Notes: generated from the letters alone by a model not told the origin. Positions 23,398-36,203 are shown, counted from the stretch's first letter. The stretch is DNA of 64,000 nt from Octopus vulgaris (GCA_951406725.2 OX597819.1:32054001-32118000); one strand, 5' to 3'. Translations and numbers: made by a program.

Positions 23398-24549
23398 AGT
23401 GGCCATGGGAACGCGAATGGGCCCCAACTATGCGAACCTGTTCGTTGGCTATGTTGAGGCCCAAATATTCTCTATTTTTCACTGGTCCCACTCCCGAAAT
23501 ATACGGTCGTTACATTGACGACATTATCGGTGCCACCTCACTCTCCCGTGAACATCTAGATTCCTTCCTCTCTTTCGTTCAATCCTTCCATCCTGCCCTC
23601 CACTTCACCTCCACTATCTCCAACACCTCTGTCTCCTTCCTCGACATTTCGGTCAGCATTCATCACTCCACTCTTACCACCTCCATTCACTACAAACACA
23701 CAGACTCACACTCATACCTAAACTTCTCTTCCTCCCACCCAAAACACACCAAGCTTTCCATCCCCTATTCCCAATTCCTCCGTCTACGTAGGCTCTGTAG
23801 TGACGACCATGACTTTGAGACTCAGTCTCAACGCATGGCTCGCCACTTCATCCTACGTGGATACCCCCTCACCACTATCCACACCGGCCTTGCCAGAGCA
23901 CGTTCCGTAGACCATGCATCTGCTCTCTCCCCCCCCGAACCCACCCTATAGTCTCCCACCTCCCTTTTCCCCTCACTTACCACCCCACGACCCTACCTCT
24001 CCAACGCACCATTCTTCGAGCTTTCCGGCATCTCCAGTCCGACCCGTCCACTTCACACCTCTTCCCTAACCGACCCCTCCCCTCCTTCAAACGAGCCCAT
24101 AACCTACGAGACCTTTTGGTCCACAGCTCCTTCCCTGACCCTACCTCCCAACCTGGCTCGTTCCCCTGCTCCCGCCCACGTTGCCCACTTGCCCTTACCT
24201 CTCCAACACCACCCTCCTCACTGGCACCCATCATCGACCCTATCGCATCATCAACTCCTTCACCTGCACCTCCAGTAATATCATCTATTGCATCTCTTGC
24301 TCTCTCTGCCATTCCCTGTACATCGGACAAACGGGACGCCGCTTGGCTGACCGGTTCGCGGAACACCTCCGTGACATCCGCCTTGCCAACGACACACCGG
24401 TCTCACGCCATTTCCGCTCCACCGGTCACTCCTTGCAACACCTGTCTGTGTTCGGTTTGTCCTTGCACAGAGGCCATCCGGATTCCCGTTTGCGCCGTGA
24501 ACAGGGATTAATCTTCTCTCTTCGCTCTTTTACGCCATTTGGTCTCAAC
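23396..24549 (+). pseudogene. Frameshifted PLE reverse transcriptase plus GIY-YIG endonuclease
   Basis: GVAMGTRMGPNYANLFVG; YGRYIDDI; SFLDISV; HSYLNFSSSHP..SIPYSQFLRLRRLCS; NIIYCISCSLCHSLYIGQTGRRLADRFAEH...GLN. Frameshifts near 23475, 23940 and 24180. Confidence 0.92.
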
Positions 24550-25257
24550 TCTCCCCCCTCCTCATCTAACCTCCCCCCGACTCCTGCTTCTCTTCGGTCC
24601 TTCATCTTTTCACCCCTACTCTCTTTCCCTCATCTTCCCTCCTCTTCTTTCCTCTTTCCTCTTTCTTCTTCCCTCTTCCCCTTCTCTCTTTCTCTCTGCT
24701 CCCTCACTCCCCTTCTCTCCTCCCCTCCTCCTCCTTTCCCCCTCCTCCCCCTCTTCTCCTCTTTCCTTCTAACTCCCTCTCCCCCCCTCACTCATCCTCA
24801 CCCCTCCTTCTTTCCTTCTCCCCCAATTCTCCCCTCCCCCTCATCACACCCTCCCCACTCTCACCTTTCCTCTTCTCCCTCCTCCCTCCTCTTTCCTTCT
24901 CCCCCTCTCTCACCCCTCATCTTTCCCCCCTCTCCCCCTCATCTCCCCCTCCACTCTCCCTCCTCCGCCACTTCCCCCTCATCTCCTCTCTCTACACTAC
25001 ACCATACGACATTACACATCACATCATACATACACACCTCCAGACCTTTCATACGCATTCATACACACACGCACCCTTATGTTGGGGCGAAGTCATTTGA
25101 CGCTGTTATCTCCCCTATTTTCGCTCTTGCGTCTCACGTTTGATCTCTGACTTCTGGCCAGAATCAGATCGCCATGTTGAATCGCTAGCTTCTGCACGCA
25201 TTTTTTTTCTCACATTTTTTTCTCTCCTTGTTTCTCTCCGTGTTTCTTTTCTGTGTA

Positions 25258-25293
25258 TCTTTCTGTTGAAGAGCGTAGGCCCGAAACATAAAA
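25258..25293 (+). ncRNA. Degenerate minimal hammerhead in PLE terminal repeat
   Basis: CTTT-CTGTTGA-A-GAGC-gtag-GCCC-GAAAC-ATA-AAAG; same layout as 19635-19669 with core and stem mutations. Confidence 0.5.
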
Positions 25294-25312
25294 GACTTGT
25301 TTTATTTATATT

Positions 25313-25545
25313 TATTTCTTTACTACCCACAAGGGGCTAAACACAGTGGGGACAAACAAGGACAGACAAACAGATTAAGCCGATTACATCGACCCCAGTG
25401 CGTAACTGGTACTTAATTTATCGACCCCGAAAGGATGAAAGGCAAAGTCGACCTCGGCGGAATTTGAACTCAGAACGTAGCGACAGACCGAAATATGGCT
25501 ACACATTTCGCCCGGCGTGCTAACGTTTCTGCCAGCTCGCCGCCT
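25313..25545 (-). mobile_element. SINE family B, full length, inserted in the PLE terminus
   Basis: 13-bp TSD ttttatttatatt at 25300-25312 and 25548-25560. Confidence 0.9.
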
Positions 25546-25827
25546 TATTTTATTTATATTCCTGAGCGCCATACTAATACAATTATTTGTTTGTACTCCA
25601 CCTGCCTTCGTCTTTTGTTTATTTTCATAAAGCTTCCCGTTTTATATACATATATATATATATATATATACATATATATATGTACGATGAGCTTCTTTCA
25701 GTTTCTGTCTACAAAATCCACTCACAAGACTTTGGTCGGCCTGAGGCCATAGTAGAAGACACTTGCTCAAGGAACCATGTGGTTGGGAAGCAAACTTCTT
25801 AACACACAGCCACACTTGAGCTTATAA

Positions 25828-26720
25828 AACAATGCCAGAACAGGTGTTGATGTCACTATTTGCCAGTTAGCTAAAATAAATGTATATTAGCGACAGAGGT
25901 AGCATTAATCCCGAGAAGTAATATTCATCTCCATTTTAACGTAGATGTTCCGTTAGAACAAACTATACAGTGATTGCTATCATAAAAAATCTTATATTGG
26001 CTTTTGGTGCAAAATGCATTCTTGTTGATATCGCTAGCGGGAAGATAAACCCCCGCCATCTCCAGTGGCAAGACCACCAGATCACGTAATTTCGACCTTC
26101 CTTGGTCTCGTCAAGGATAGACGTTCAAGCACTAGAGATAGCAGCGATTCATCTCTCCACCAACGATATATAGAATAACAGTGCCAGAACAGGAGGTGGT
26201 CTCGCAATTAGCCAGTTAGCGTGTTACAAAAATGTATAGGAGCGAAAGAGGCGATATCAATACTGATAGGTAGAAGTTATCCATACTTAAAAATGGATGT
26301 TCTGTTAGAACAAACTATACTGCGATAGTTAACATGAAAGAAACTCTCATATCGGCATTTGGTTCTAAATTATTTCTTTACTACCTACAAGGGGCTAAAC
26401 ACAGAGGGGACAAACAAGGACAGATATCGACCCCAGTGCGTAACTGGTACTTAATTTATCGACCCCGAAAGGATGAAAAGCAAAGTCGACCTCGGCGGAA
26501 TTTGAACTCAGAACGTAACGGCAGACGAAATACGGCTACGCATTTCGCCCGGCGTGCTAACGTTTCTGCCAGCTCGTCGCCTTTTGGTTCTAAATGCACT
26601 CTTGTTTGTATTGATAGCGAAGACATAAATCCCCGATACCACCAGCGCCGCGACCACCAGATCAGGTGTTTTCGGCCTTCCTTGGTCTCGTCAATGATTG
26701 ACACTCGACCGCTAGAGAAT
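25828..26720 (-). repeat. Diverged ~350-bp tandem duplication, each unit with a hammerhead-like motif
   Basis: Units begin at ~25828 and ~26177 (aaca.tgccagaacagg); motifs at 26074-26120 and 26654-26700. Confidence 0.75.
26371..26582 (-). mobile_element. SINE family B
   Basis: 13-bp TSD tttggttctaaat at 26358-26370 and 26583-26595. Confidence 0.9.
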
Positions 26721-26989
26721 TCCATTAAAAGAAGAATGCTATACCTTTCGATATGTCGCTAGTTTATTTAAAGTAACTTTCCCTCAAGTTATAGTGGGAA
26801 GCTTACTTGGAATCGCAGCACAATTCCTAAGCGACTTTTGTATTCCTTATACACTGTCTGAGCCAATTATCAATACAAAGCTCATTATAATTTCTAATAA
26901 AACCAATATGAATCCCCCCTCCCCCAAGAAATATTCAGAAGTATGAATGCAGTAATGTAGAGTGGCATATAATTCTGGAGAGACGCTTT

Positions 26990-27262
26990 CGTTTTCTTTT
27001 TACTAGTTTCAGCTGGAGAGTTTTGGCCATGCTGGGGCACCGCCATTAGCTTTGCTACTCTTCTGCTACTTGAAACTACTTGAAACCACCGCCGATGTGT
27101 GATGAATGAGGGAGTTTGATGTTGCTGCCCTCATCTGCGTTTCTTGCCGCGAGGTCTGTTCATCAGGAACCCTTGACAGCTTTGTTTTGAAGACACCTAC
27201 ATCCATGCCATATCGGTCTCTCAGTCTTTTTGGCAGGGCACTGAAGTGTTGTATACATAGAA
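26990..27262 (-). mobile_element. 3' end of a CR1/L2-like LINE
   Basis: Translation FSALPKRLRD...VGVFKTKLSRVPDEQ...RAATSNSL resembles LINE ORF2 C-termini; followed by a tail shared with SINE A. Confidence 0.6.
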
Positions 27263-27361
27263 AACCTGATATGAAGAAAGTAGTTGCTTTTTTCTTAAAA
27301 CAGTAACAACTGCTTGAGGAATATTTTAAACTAGACAAACGGATAATCCTTTATTTTTACA

Positions 27362-27939
27362 CTAGCACTATGACCCAGCAACGTTGCCGGGTCATAGTGC
27401 TAGTGCATGCATATACAGCTGCGTGCGTGCGCACATACACGCGGGTACTGTCCAAATCTCCGACCAATCACATACAGCTAGCTGGCATTCAATTGGCGTA
27501 TCAAGTTTCGGGCATTTTGATTGGGTCTTGGATAGAAAATTCACAAAAAAGTCACTTCTATTAATTTTTTAATGGCTTTGTGGGGTGACTGGGGAAATGT
27601 AAAGATGTGTACGACCACCCTTGGACAGTTTTGAATGACCATAGAAAATGCGAGCCCTCTAACCTAAAAATTGTGGATTTGTATAAAGGACACACACACA
27701 GACACACGTTTATATATATATATTTCTTTATTGCCCACAAGGGGCTAAACACAGAGGGGACAAACAAGGACAGACAAAGGGATTAAGTCGATTATATCGA
27801 CCCCAGTGCGTCACTGGTACTTAATTTATCGACCCCGGAAGGATGAAAGGCAAAGTCGACCTCGGCGGAATTTGAACTCAGAACGAAACTGCAGACGAAA
27901 TACGGCTACGTATTTCGCCCGACGTGCTACCGTTAGAGA
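27362..27939 (-). mobile_element. Non-autonomous Helitron, second subfamily, with SINE B inserted near its 5' end
   Basis: CTAG terminus with long hairpin 27361-27404; tatatata...agagat 5' end split by SINE. Confidence 0.6.
27721..27934 (-). mobile_element. SINE family B, 5'-truncated
   Basis: Homology to family B. Confidence 0.85.
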
Positions 27940-28352
27940 TGTCTTTGTCATTGTAGGAATAACTACATAAATGAGACTTTTCTCAAAGTCAAGGATTACC
28001 AGCGAAAAATTATTGAGGGAAATAAAAGGCGCAACGTTAGATATCGCTGAGATTTGTAAGATCTTCACACGCAGAGGATGGTTGTAGAAACACCAGTCAG
28101 CTATGATTAATGATTTAGAAAAAAAAAGGACAAGAAAAAAAAAGGAAATTATGAAAGAGCATGTGACTAAGCGGGATAGAAAAAAATAAGTAAATAGAAG
28201 TAAATAGATTGAGACATATATGATGACAAATTGAAGGTTTTGCAACTGATATGATTAAATTGAGTTGATTCTTAAAGTTCATTCTTGGGATGGGGCGAAG
28301 AGACAAAAACATTTACTCATCTAGATTAAAAGTCTCTGGCTATCTCTCCTCC

Positions 28353-28395
<43 letters not shown>

Positions 28396-28519
28396 TCCCT
28401 CTCTCTTCGGCAAAAGAGACCAATAGAATAAGTACTAGGCTTACAAAGAGTAGTCGACTACAGGCGGTACTCCAGCATGGCCGTAGCCAAATGACTAACA
28501 CAAGTAACAGAGTAAATGA

Positions 28520-28617
<98 letters not shown>

Positions 28618-28997
28618 GCAAAGTAGCTGGTTGTAAAATCCCAAAAAGAGATGAGCGTAGTAACTATATACTAACAAGTAAAGTTAATCGCCACATCATT
28701 ATGGCTGTTCAATGTTACTACTGGTTTAACCCCAGGCAGATCATCAATCGGCTGGTTATAGGTGCACACTGCACCCTGTACATATATATTATCGGCAGGG
28801 AAACGAATCTCTACCATCCTCCAATAGACAACAGGATCGGGAGCTAGTTGGCTCATCCTCACTCGCGAACACCCAGTCGCCAGAGAGATGGCCAGAGTCC
28901 GCTCCGGTCTCCTCATTTTGATACATACATACATACATACATTAATACATACATACATGCATACAAACACACACACACACAGACATATATATATATT

Positions 28998-29065
<68 letters not shown>

Positions 29066-29277
29066 ATATTTATAAATATATATATATGTGAAATGTATGT
29101 ACGTATACGTATAAGTGTGGACGGATGTTTCATAAGAAATTTGCTTCTCAGACACCACATAGTTCCGAGTTCAGTCCCACTGCGTGACATTATTAGCAAA
29201 ACTCCTCTACTATAGCCTTGGGCCGACCAAAGCCTCGTGAGTGGATATTTGACTGCCGGAAACTAAAAGAAACCTGT

Positions 29278-29338
<61 letters not shown>

Positions 29339-29344
29339 CATTTT

Positions 29345-29510
29345 TTTTTTGTTTGTCTTAATAACTGACCAGATACCGGAGCAGATTTACGCCCCGACAT
29401 TCGAAATTCGAAGTTTATTATGCCAACCGAATAATTGTCACATATATTTATAGATAAATTCCTCTATTTACATAATACCGCGGTCTCTTTCATTCTTTTG
29501 TTGTCATGTT
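29345..29510 (+). mobile_element. PLE-terminal-like fragment with degenerate hammerhead
   Basis: Homologous to the reverse of 39320-39480; ataa-CTGACCA...GAAA-ttcgaa-GTT-tattat; follows (TA)n. Confidence 0.5.
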
Positions 29511-29516
29511 ATTACT

Positions 29517-30119
<603 letters not shown>

Positions 30120-30122
<3 letters not shown>

Positions 30123-30517
30123 TTATATATAAAAGAGAAGATTTGTGTCTGTCTCCTACGATTTAGATTCCTAACTACTCCCACATTTTGCGGTGCAGTT
30201 TAACCAAAAGCGGCTATCTTATAGTCGTGATTCATATCGAGCCCTTCTGGGTATTAGCGCGCGTCTACGATGAGTCTACGATTTAAAAAAATATTTACCA
30301 TCATTTTTTCGATTTTAATGCATTTGTTTCGCTATTATATAAGGGAAGTAACTCTCTAAAAATGTCTACGATGAGTCAACGATTTAAAAAAAAATTTACC
30401 ATCATTTATTTTCCATTTTTAATGCATTTTTTTGCTATTTTTTGGCTATAACTCTCTAAAAATGCTTATATAGTTATTTCCCTTACAAACCCGAGCAACG
30501 CCGGGCGATACTGCTAG
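30120..30517 (+). mobile_element. Non-autonomous Helitron, complete
   Basis: A|TCTTTATATA...cccgagcaacgccggg-cgatactgCTAG|T. Confidence 0.85.
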
Positions 30518-30521
30518 TTAC

Positions 30522-30556
<35 letters not shown>

Positions 30557-30940
30557 CGCTTTTGTGTGTGTATGTGTGTGTATGTTCTGAATATAAATAA
30601 GGGCGTGCGTTATATTTATTCTAAATATAAATACAAGTGAACGGGACAAAATATGCAGAGGAAATACATCAGTAACCAGGTCGTAGATGTACGATGACTG
30701 TTTATGATCTCCATAGTGTATAATGGTGTCAGAAAGCAAATCAAATATAATATAATGTTGTATATGCCAGTGTATGTACGTGTGTGTGTCTATGTGAGTG
30801 TATGTGTGTGTATATGTGTGTGCGTGTGCGTGTGTGTGCGTTTGTGTCTGTGCGGTGAACAATTAGCATGACTACTAGGATGTAATTATGAGTTTTTATA
30901 TAGTTTTATTTATTTATTTATTTAATTTTCTTTTATCTAT

Positions 30941-31143
30941 ATCAGTCATTTTGACTGCGGCCATGCTGGAGCACCACTTTTAGTCGAACAAATTGACCTC
31001 AGGATTCATTCTTTGTAAGCCTAGTACTTTATGTATGGGTCCCTTTTTGTCGAACCGCTAATTTTACGGGGACGTAAACACACCAGCAACGGTTGTCAAG
31101 CGATGGTGGGGGGACAAACACAGACATACAAACATATACATAC

Positions 31144-31213
<70 letters not shown>

Positions 31214-31255
31214 GACGGGCTTCTTTCAGTTCCCGTCTACCAAATCCGCTCACAA
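30941..31255 (-). mobile_element. SINE family A, partial
   Basis: Homology to family A. Confidence 0.75.
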
Positions 31256-31258
31256 GCG

Positions 31259-31566
31259 ATAAGCGTGGCCCTTTCCAAGCCTAGCCAGGCTCATGGGCCC
31301 GGTTTCCCGGTTTCTGTGGCGTATGTGTTCCCGCAGCTGGATGGGACGTCAGTCCATCGCAGCGTTACTCAAGAAACAGGAAGAGAGAGTGTGAGAAAGT
31401 TGTGGCGAAAGAGTACAACAGGGGTCACCACCACCCCCTGCCGGAGCCTCGTGGAGCTTTTAGGTGTTTTTGGTCAATAAACACACACAACGCCCGGTCT
31501 GGGAATCGAAACTGCGATTCTCCGACCGCGAGTCCGCTGCCCTAACCACCGGGTCATTGCGCCTCT
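31259..31566 (-). mobile_element. SINE family C head with alternative 3' tail
   Basis: 31372-31566 matches family C; 31259-31371 is unrelated to the usual tail. Confidence 0.75.
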
Positions 31567-31891
31567 ACAAATACACACACACACACACACACACACACGT
31601 ATGTATGTATGTATGTATGCATATATGCATGTATGTATGTATGTGTGTATGTATTTATGTGTATGTATGTATCTGTGTATATGTAGTCATTCAGACTTTT
31701 ACATTGTAACTAAAGGACATAAAGCTAATAACATTTGAATTATAATCTCGCTTTAAGTGACACATATAAAATATAGATGCCATTTATAAGAGTGGTATAT
31801 ATATAAATATTTACATTCATATATACATATATGTGCATATAATATATAAATAAAGAATCTCAGGTCTTTCGTTAGACATAGGTCGTTTTTC

Positions 31892-32312
31892 GGATCTTTT
31901 CGGTTTGAAGGGCAGTTTTTTCTAGCGGTGTCATATGAAATTGTCACCCATAATTATGACCCTAGTATCGATCTATTGCATTTCAATCTGTTTTAGGGTT
32001 AGGGTTAGGGGTGAGGGGAAGGGTATCTTTTTTTTCTTCAAAAATGTAAATAAACCCAATCTGTTTCTTAAACGAGGGACATATTCATACGGCACACAAT
32101 GTTTTTTTTTACCTCAGTAGACGTCAGTGATTGGTTGAAATTGCAGAAATTGAAGAAAAAAAGCAACAAATATCTTACAAACTATAGAATTTTCTCAATA
32201 AAGCCAAGAGAGAAAGATGTTTTATAAACACATTCTACCAGTATACGAAGTTTAAAACTTTATAGTTACCTAGAAATTATGTTAAAAACTGCCGTTCAAA
32301 CCGAAAAGATCC
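31892..32312. mobile_element. MITE with GG termini and 8-bp TSD (Merlin-like)
   Basis: TIR ggatcttttcggtttgaa.ggcagttttt; TSD cgtttttc; second copy at 61123-61551. Confidence 0.85.
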
Positions 32313-32584
32313 CGTTTTTCTAGATCATGAGTGTTACTCCCGATGCCCTAATCCGCGTCCTTCTACATGTATTTATGTATGTATGTATGTATGTATGTAT
32401 GTATGTATGTATGTATGTATGTATGTATGTATGTATGCATGTATGTATGTATGTATGCCTGATTGTATGTATGAATGTATGTATGTATGCATGATTGTAT
32501 GTATGAATGTATGTATGTATGTATATATGTATGTGTACATGCAGATTTGTATGTTTTGTTTTATGTATATATGTATGATAGATC

Positions 32585-32765
32585 GTTAGCCACTACACAC
32601 ATTTTTTCTCTCTCCTTGTTTTTTTCTGTGTCCCATTCTATAGAAGAGAGTAGGCTCGAAACGTAAAAGACTTTTTCTATTCCTGAGCGTTATACTAATA
32701 CATCTGTTTGTTTTGTACACCACCTGTCTTCGTCTTTTGTTTTTTTCGTAAACTCTCCCTAAAAA
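32585..32765 (+). mobile_element. PLE terminal-repeat-like fragment within (ATGT)n
   Basis: Homologous to 25185-25640; degenerate HHR ctatagaagagagtaggctcgaaacgtaaaag. Confidence 0.6.
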
Positions 32766-33548
32766 TGTATGTAATGTATGTATGTATGTATGTATGTATG
32801 TATGTATGTATGTATGTATGTATGTATGTATGTATGTGTACATGCAGATTTGTTTTATGTATATATGTATATATATATATATACGTGTGTGTGTGTGCGC
32901 GTTGTGCATGCTTGCGTGTGTGTGTAAACAATTGCGATATAAGAAAAAAGATAAACTGTGACCATCTCACCTTTGCTTATTATAATCATTGAATCTTAAC
33001 CAGCGTGTACACTTTTTTCAAACGATGCTGGATGATTTGAGTAAGATTTGCTTGTTATTCCTATCAGATCAAGCAAATCATCAAGACACTACTTTAAAAC
33101 AAAGCCACATCTCAATGACTGAAACTAATGCAACAACTATAACAGTGCACACCAAATTCCACATATTCTTCTATCTACGACACGAAAATGAAGTCCGATC
33201 TGGGCATTGTCTGGTTTTATTAACATTAATTATATTTCATTATTTTGAAGCAAAGTGTTGAAAGACTGGATAACCGTTCAACAAAATTCTGCTCACATAT
33301 TCCCAAAGTGGCTAAACTTGGCCAGAGAATATTTCAACAAGATTCCGACCACTAAAAACCCATCAAATCTTAACTTCCTGAGCTTCCAGTGAAGTGGTCA
33401 AGTATTTGAACAAGTATTAAATATCATTGACTTCGTCGTGAACATGAAGTTTTGAATGTCAGCAGACATGGACATATTGCTCATTTAGTATGGCTGGCAC
33501 GATGTCACAGTTAATTACTTGAGTTTAAGGACACACCAGCAAATAAGC

Positions 33549-33552
33549 TCTC

Positions 33553-33611
<59 letters not shown>

Positions 33612-33683
33612 AACACACATTTACACACAAGTAAGTAAGCTTACAGACCTCATCTGCACGTAATATTACGTGTTTATGTCAGC

Positions 33684-33760
<77 letters not shown>

Positions 33761-33833
33761 AAGATTATATATATATATATATGTATATATATACTATATA
33801 TATATATATATATATATAGTGAAAGATTATATA

Positions 33834-33923
<90 letters not shown>

Positions 33924-34078
33924 GTATACATACATGCATGCATACATATATACATATATACATACATATATATGTATATATATATACACACACGCATACA
34001 CATACACACACTTGTATATGCGCATGCGTACATATATACATATATGTATATATGTATGCATGCATGTATGTATACGTG

Positions 34079-34140
<62 letters not shown>
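33549..34140. repeat. Compound (CT)/(CA)/(TA) microsatellites
   Basis: Direct. Confidence 0.9.
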
Positions 34141-34144
<4 letters not shown>

Positions 34145-34686
34145 TGTTGAAATGGAAAGATGAATTATCTTGTTACAGATTATTCAAAAGTTTAACCGAT
34201 ACCTGGGTAGCAAAAATCACAGCGGAAAAAAACACGGTTGGAGATAAGACCATATGGTGTTGCAACCGTGCGTTGGTGCGGATAATTGAAGTTTAATATA
34301 ATTAGTGAATGGAAGAAATGAGAACAAGGGGTGTGGAGATGTTCTGTGTGACCAAAACTAATGTTCTGAATATTTAAAGAATACAGGGTGTATTTTTTAG
34401 GGGCGAGACAAAACCTACCTAAAAGCATGTATGTGTATACTAGCCTATGTTGGCGAGGGGCGCTGTTTTGGTCACACAGAACATCTCCACACCCCTTGTT
34501 CTCATTAATTCCTCACCTACTAGATTTGACCGCGGCCTGACCTGTAAGTATTCCAACGGACCTTTTGTCGGCCCCCACCAACGTACATTGATAAACAGTT
34601 TACCCATGGGCTCTTAAGGAGCGTCCTCGTTCGAATTGCTTTGCTGCGCCTCTGTTTTGTTTTGTTCTGACAACGTAATTCCTGGT

Positions 34687-34768
34687 TTTTCCTGAAGAGA
34701 AAGCTGCAATATGGTATCCTTATTTAATCAGAATTTGGAAAATTGTGGCCTTTGAAACATGTGTAGAA
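34687..34768 (+). ncRNA. Hammerhead-like motif with long stem II
   Basis: ttc-CTGAAGA-g-AAAGCTGCAAT...ATTGTGGCCTTT-GAAAC-atgt-GTA-gaa. Confidence 0.5.
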
Positions 34769-34859
34769 TGTAATAAAAGGAATTCTGTACAATCTTCGTT
34801 CAACTCCATTTCTTCCATTCACTAATTATATATATATATATATATATAACTTTCACCCA

Positions 34860-35083
34860 TTTACTCATTTACTTGTTTCAGTCATTTGACTGCAGTCATG
34901 CTGGAGCACCGCCTTTAGTTGAGCAAATCGGCCCCAGGACTTATTCTTTAGAAGCCTAGTACTTATTCTATCGGCTTTTTTGCCGAACCGCTAGATTACG
35001 GGGAGGTAAACAGACCACCATCGGCTGTCAAGCGGTGTTGGAGGGACAAACACAGACACATAAACATACACACACACACACAT

Positions 35084-35122
<39 letters not shown>

Positions 35123-35262
35123 CGACGGGCTTCTTTCAGTTTCCGTCTACCAAATCCACTAGGCTATGGTAGAAGACAGATACCCAAGGTGCCACGCAGT
35201 GGTAGTGAACCCGGAACCATGTGGTTGGTAAGCAAGCTACTTACCACACAGCCACTCCTGCA
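34860..35262 (-). mobile_element. SINE family A
   Basis: Homology to family A. Confidence 0.82.
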
Positions 35263-35498
35263 CCTTTCGATACGTAGAGTAGATGAAACCATGGCGACTG
35301 AAGAAGGGGTTTTTTCCTTGTGTTATTTGTCCTGTACTCTATTTTTTTGTTGTTTAAGAAAAATGTCCGATTCCTTGTGTTTGTGTCTATGTTTTCGTTT
35401 CTCATTGTGTTCGACGTTTGTTTGGTGTCCTGTACTCATATATGCGTGTATATATACATGTAGAGGTAGGTAGTACATATATGCATATGTTTTATTTA

Positions 35499-35536
<38 letters not shown>

Positions 35537-35681
35537 TATGTTTATATAGTCTATATGTATATATAATATATATACGTAATATATATTATACAGAGTGAGA
35601 GAGAGCTGAGGAGTAAATAGGCAGTTGAGTAATATACACACGTACGTATGTGCATATACCGGGGGTACATATTCAGATATA

Positions 35682-35895
35682 GGCGTGGTTTTGTGGTAAG
35701 AAGCATGTTTCCCAACCACATGGTTTCGGTTTCAGACCCACTCTGTGGCACCTGACTTCTACTATAGTCTCGGGTCAACTAAAGCTTTGTGAGTGGCTTT
35801 GATAGATGGAAACTGAAGAGACCCCATCGTATATATATATATGTATGTATGCATGTATGTATGTATATATGCATGTATATATATATATTTATATA

Positions 35896-35959
<64 letters not shown>

Positions 35960-36203
35960 TCTATATATATATAGATATATGTATATATATCTATGTGTGT
36001 GGCGTGTCTTTGTGTCTATGTTTGTTCCACCACCACCGCTTGACAATTGGTATTGGAGCGTTTCCGTCTTCGTAACTTAACGGTTCGGTAAAAGAGACCG
36101 ATGGAATAAGTACCAAGCTTCAAATAAAGCGTGGATTCATTTGACTAAAATGTCAAGGCGGTGCCCCAGCATGGCCGCAATCTAATGACTGAAACAAGTA
36201 AAA
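35682..36203 (+). mobile_element. SINE family A, diverged
   Basis: Homology to family A. Confidence 0.75.

Larger units (their letters stand above)
23396..25645 (+). mobile_element. 5'-truncated Penelope-like retroelement, possibly Neptune-like, between (TA)n tracts
   Basis: RT and GIY-YIG motifs, Cys-rich linker (CSRPRC..C), CT-rich tract, degenerate HHR at 25258-25293; begins directly after (TA)n. Confidence 0.88.

Noticed and set aside
24550-25143. Pro/Ser/Leu-rich C-terminal extension of the GIY-YIG ORF
   Set aside because: Read-through of a stop-poor CT-rich tract after the GLN end motif.
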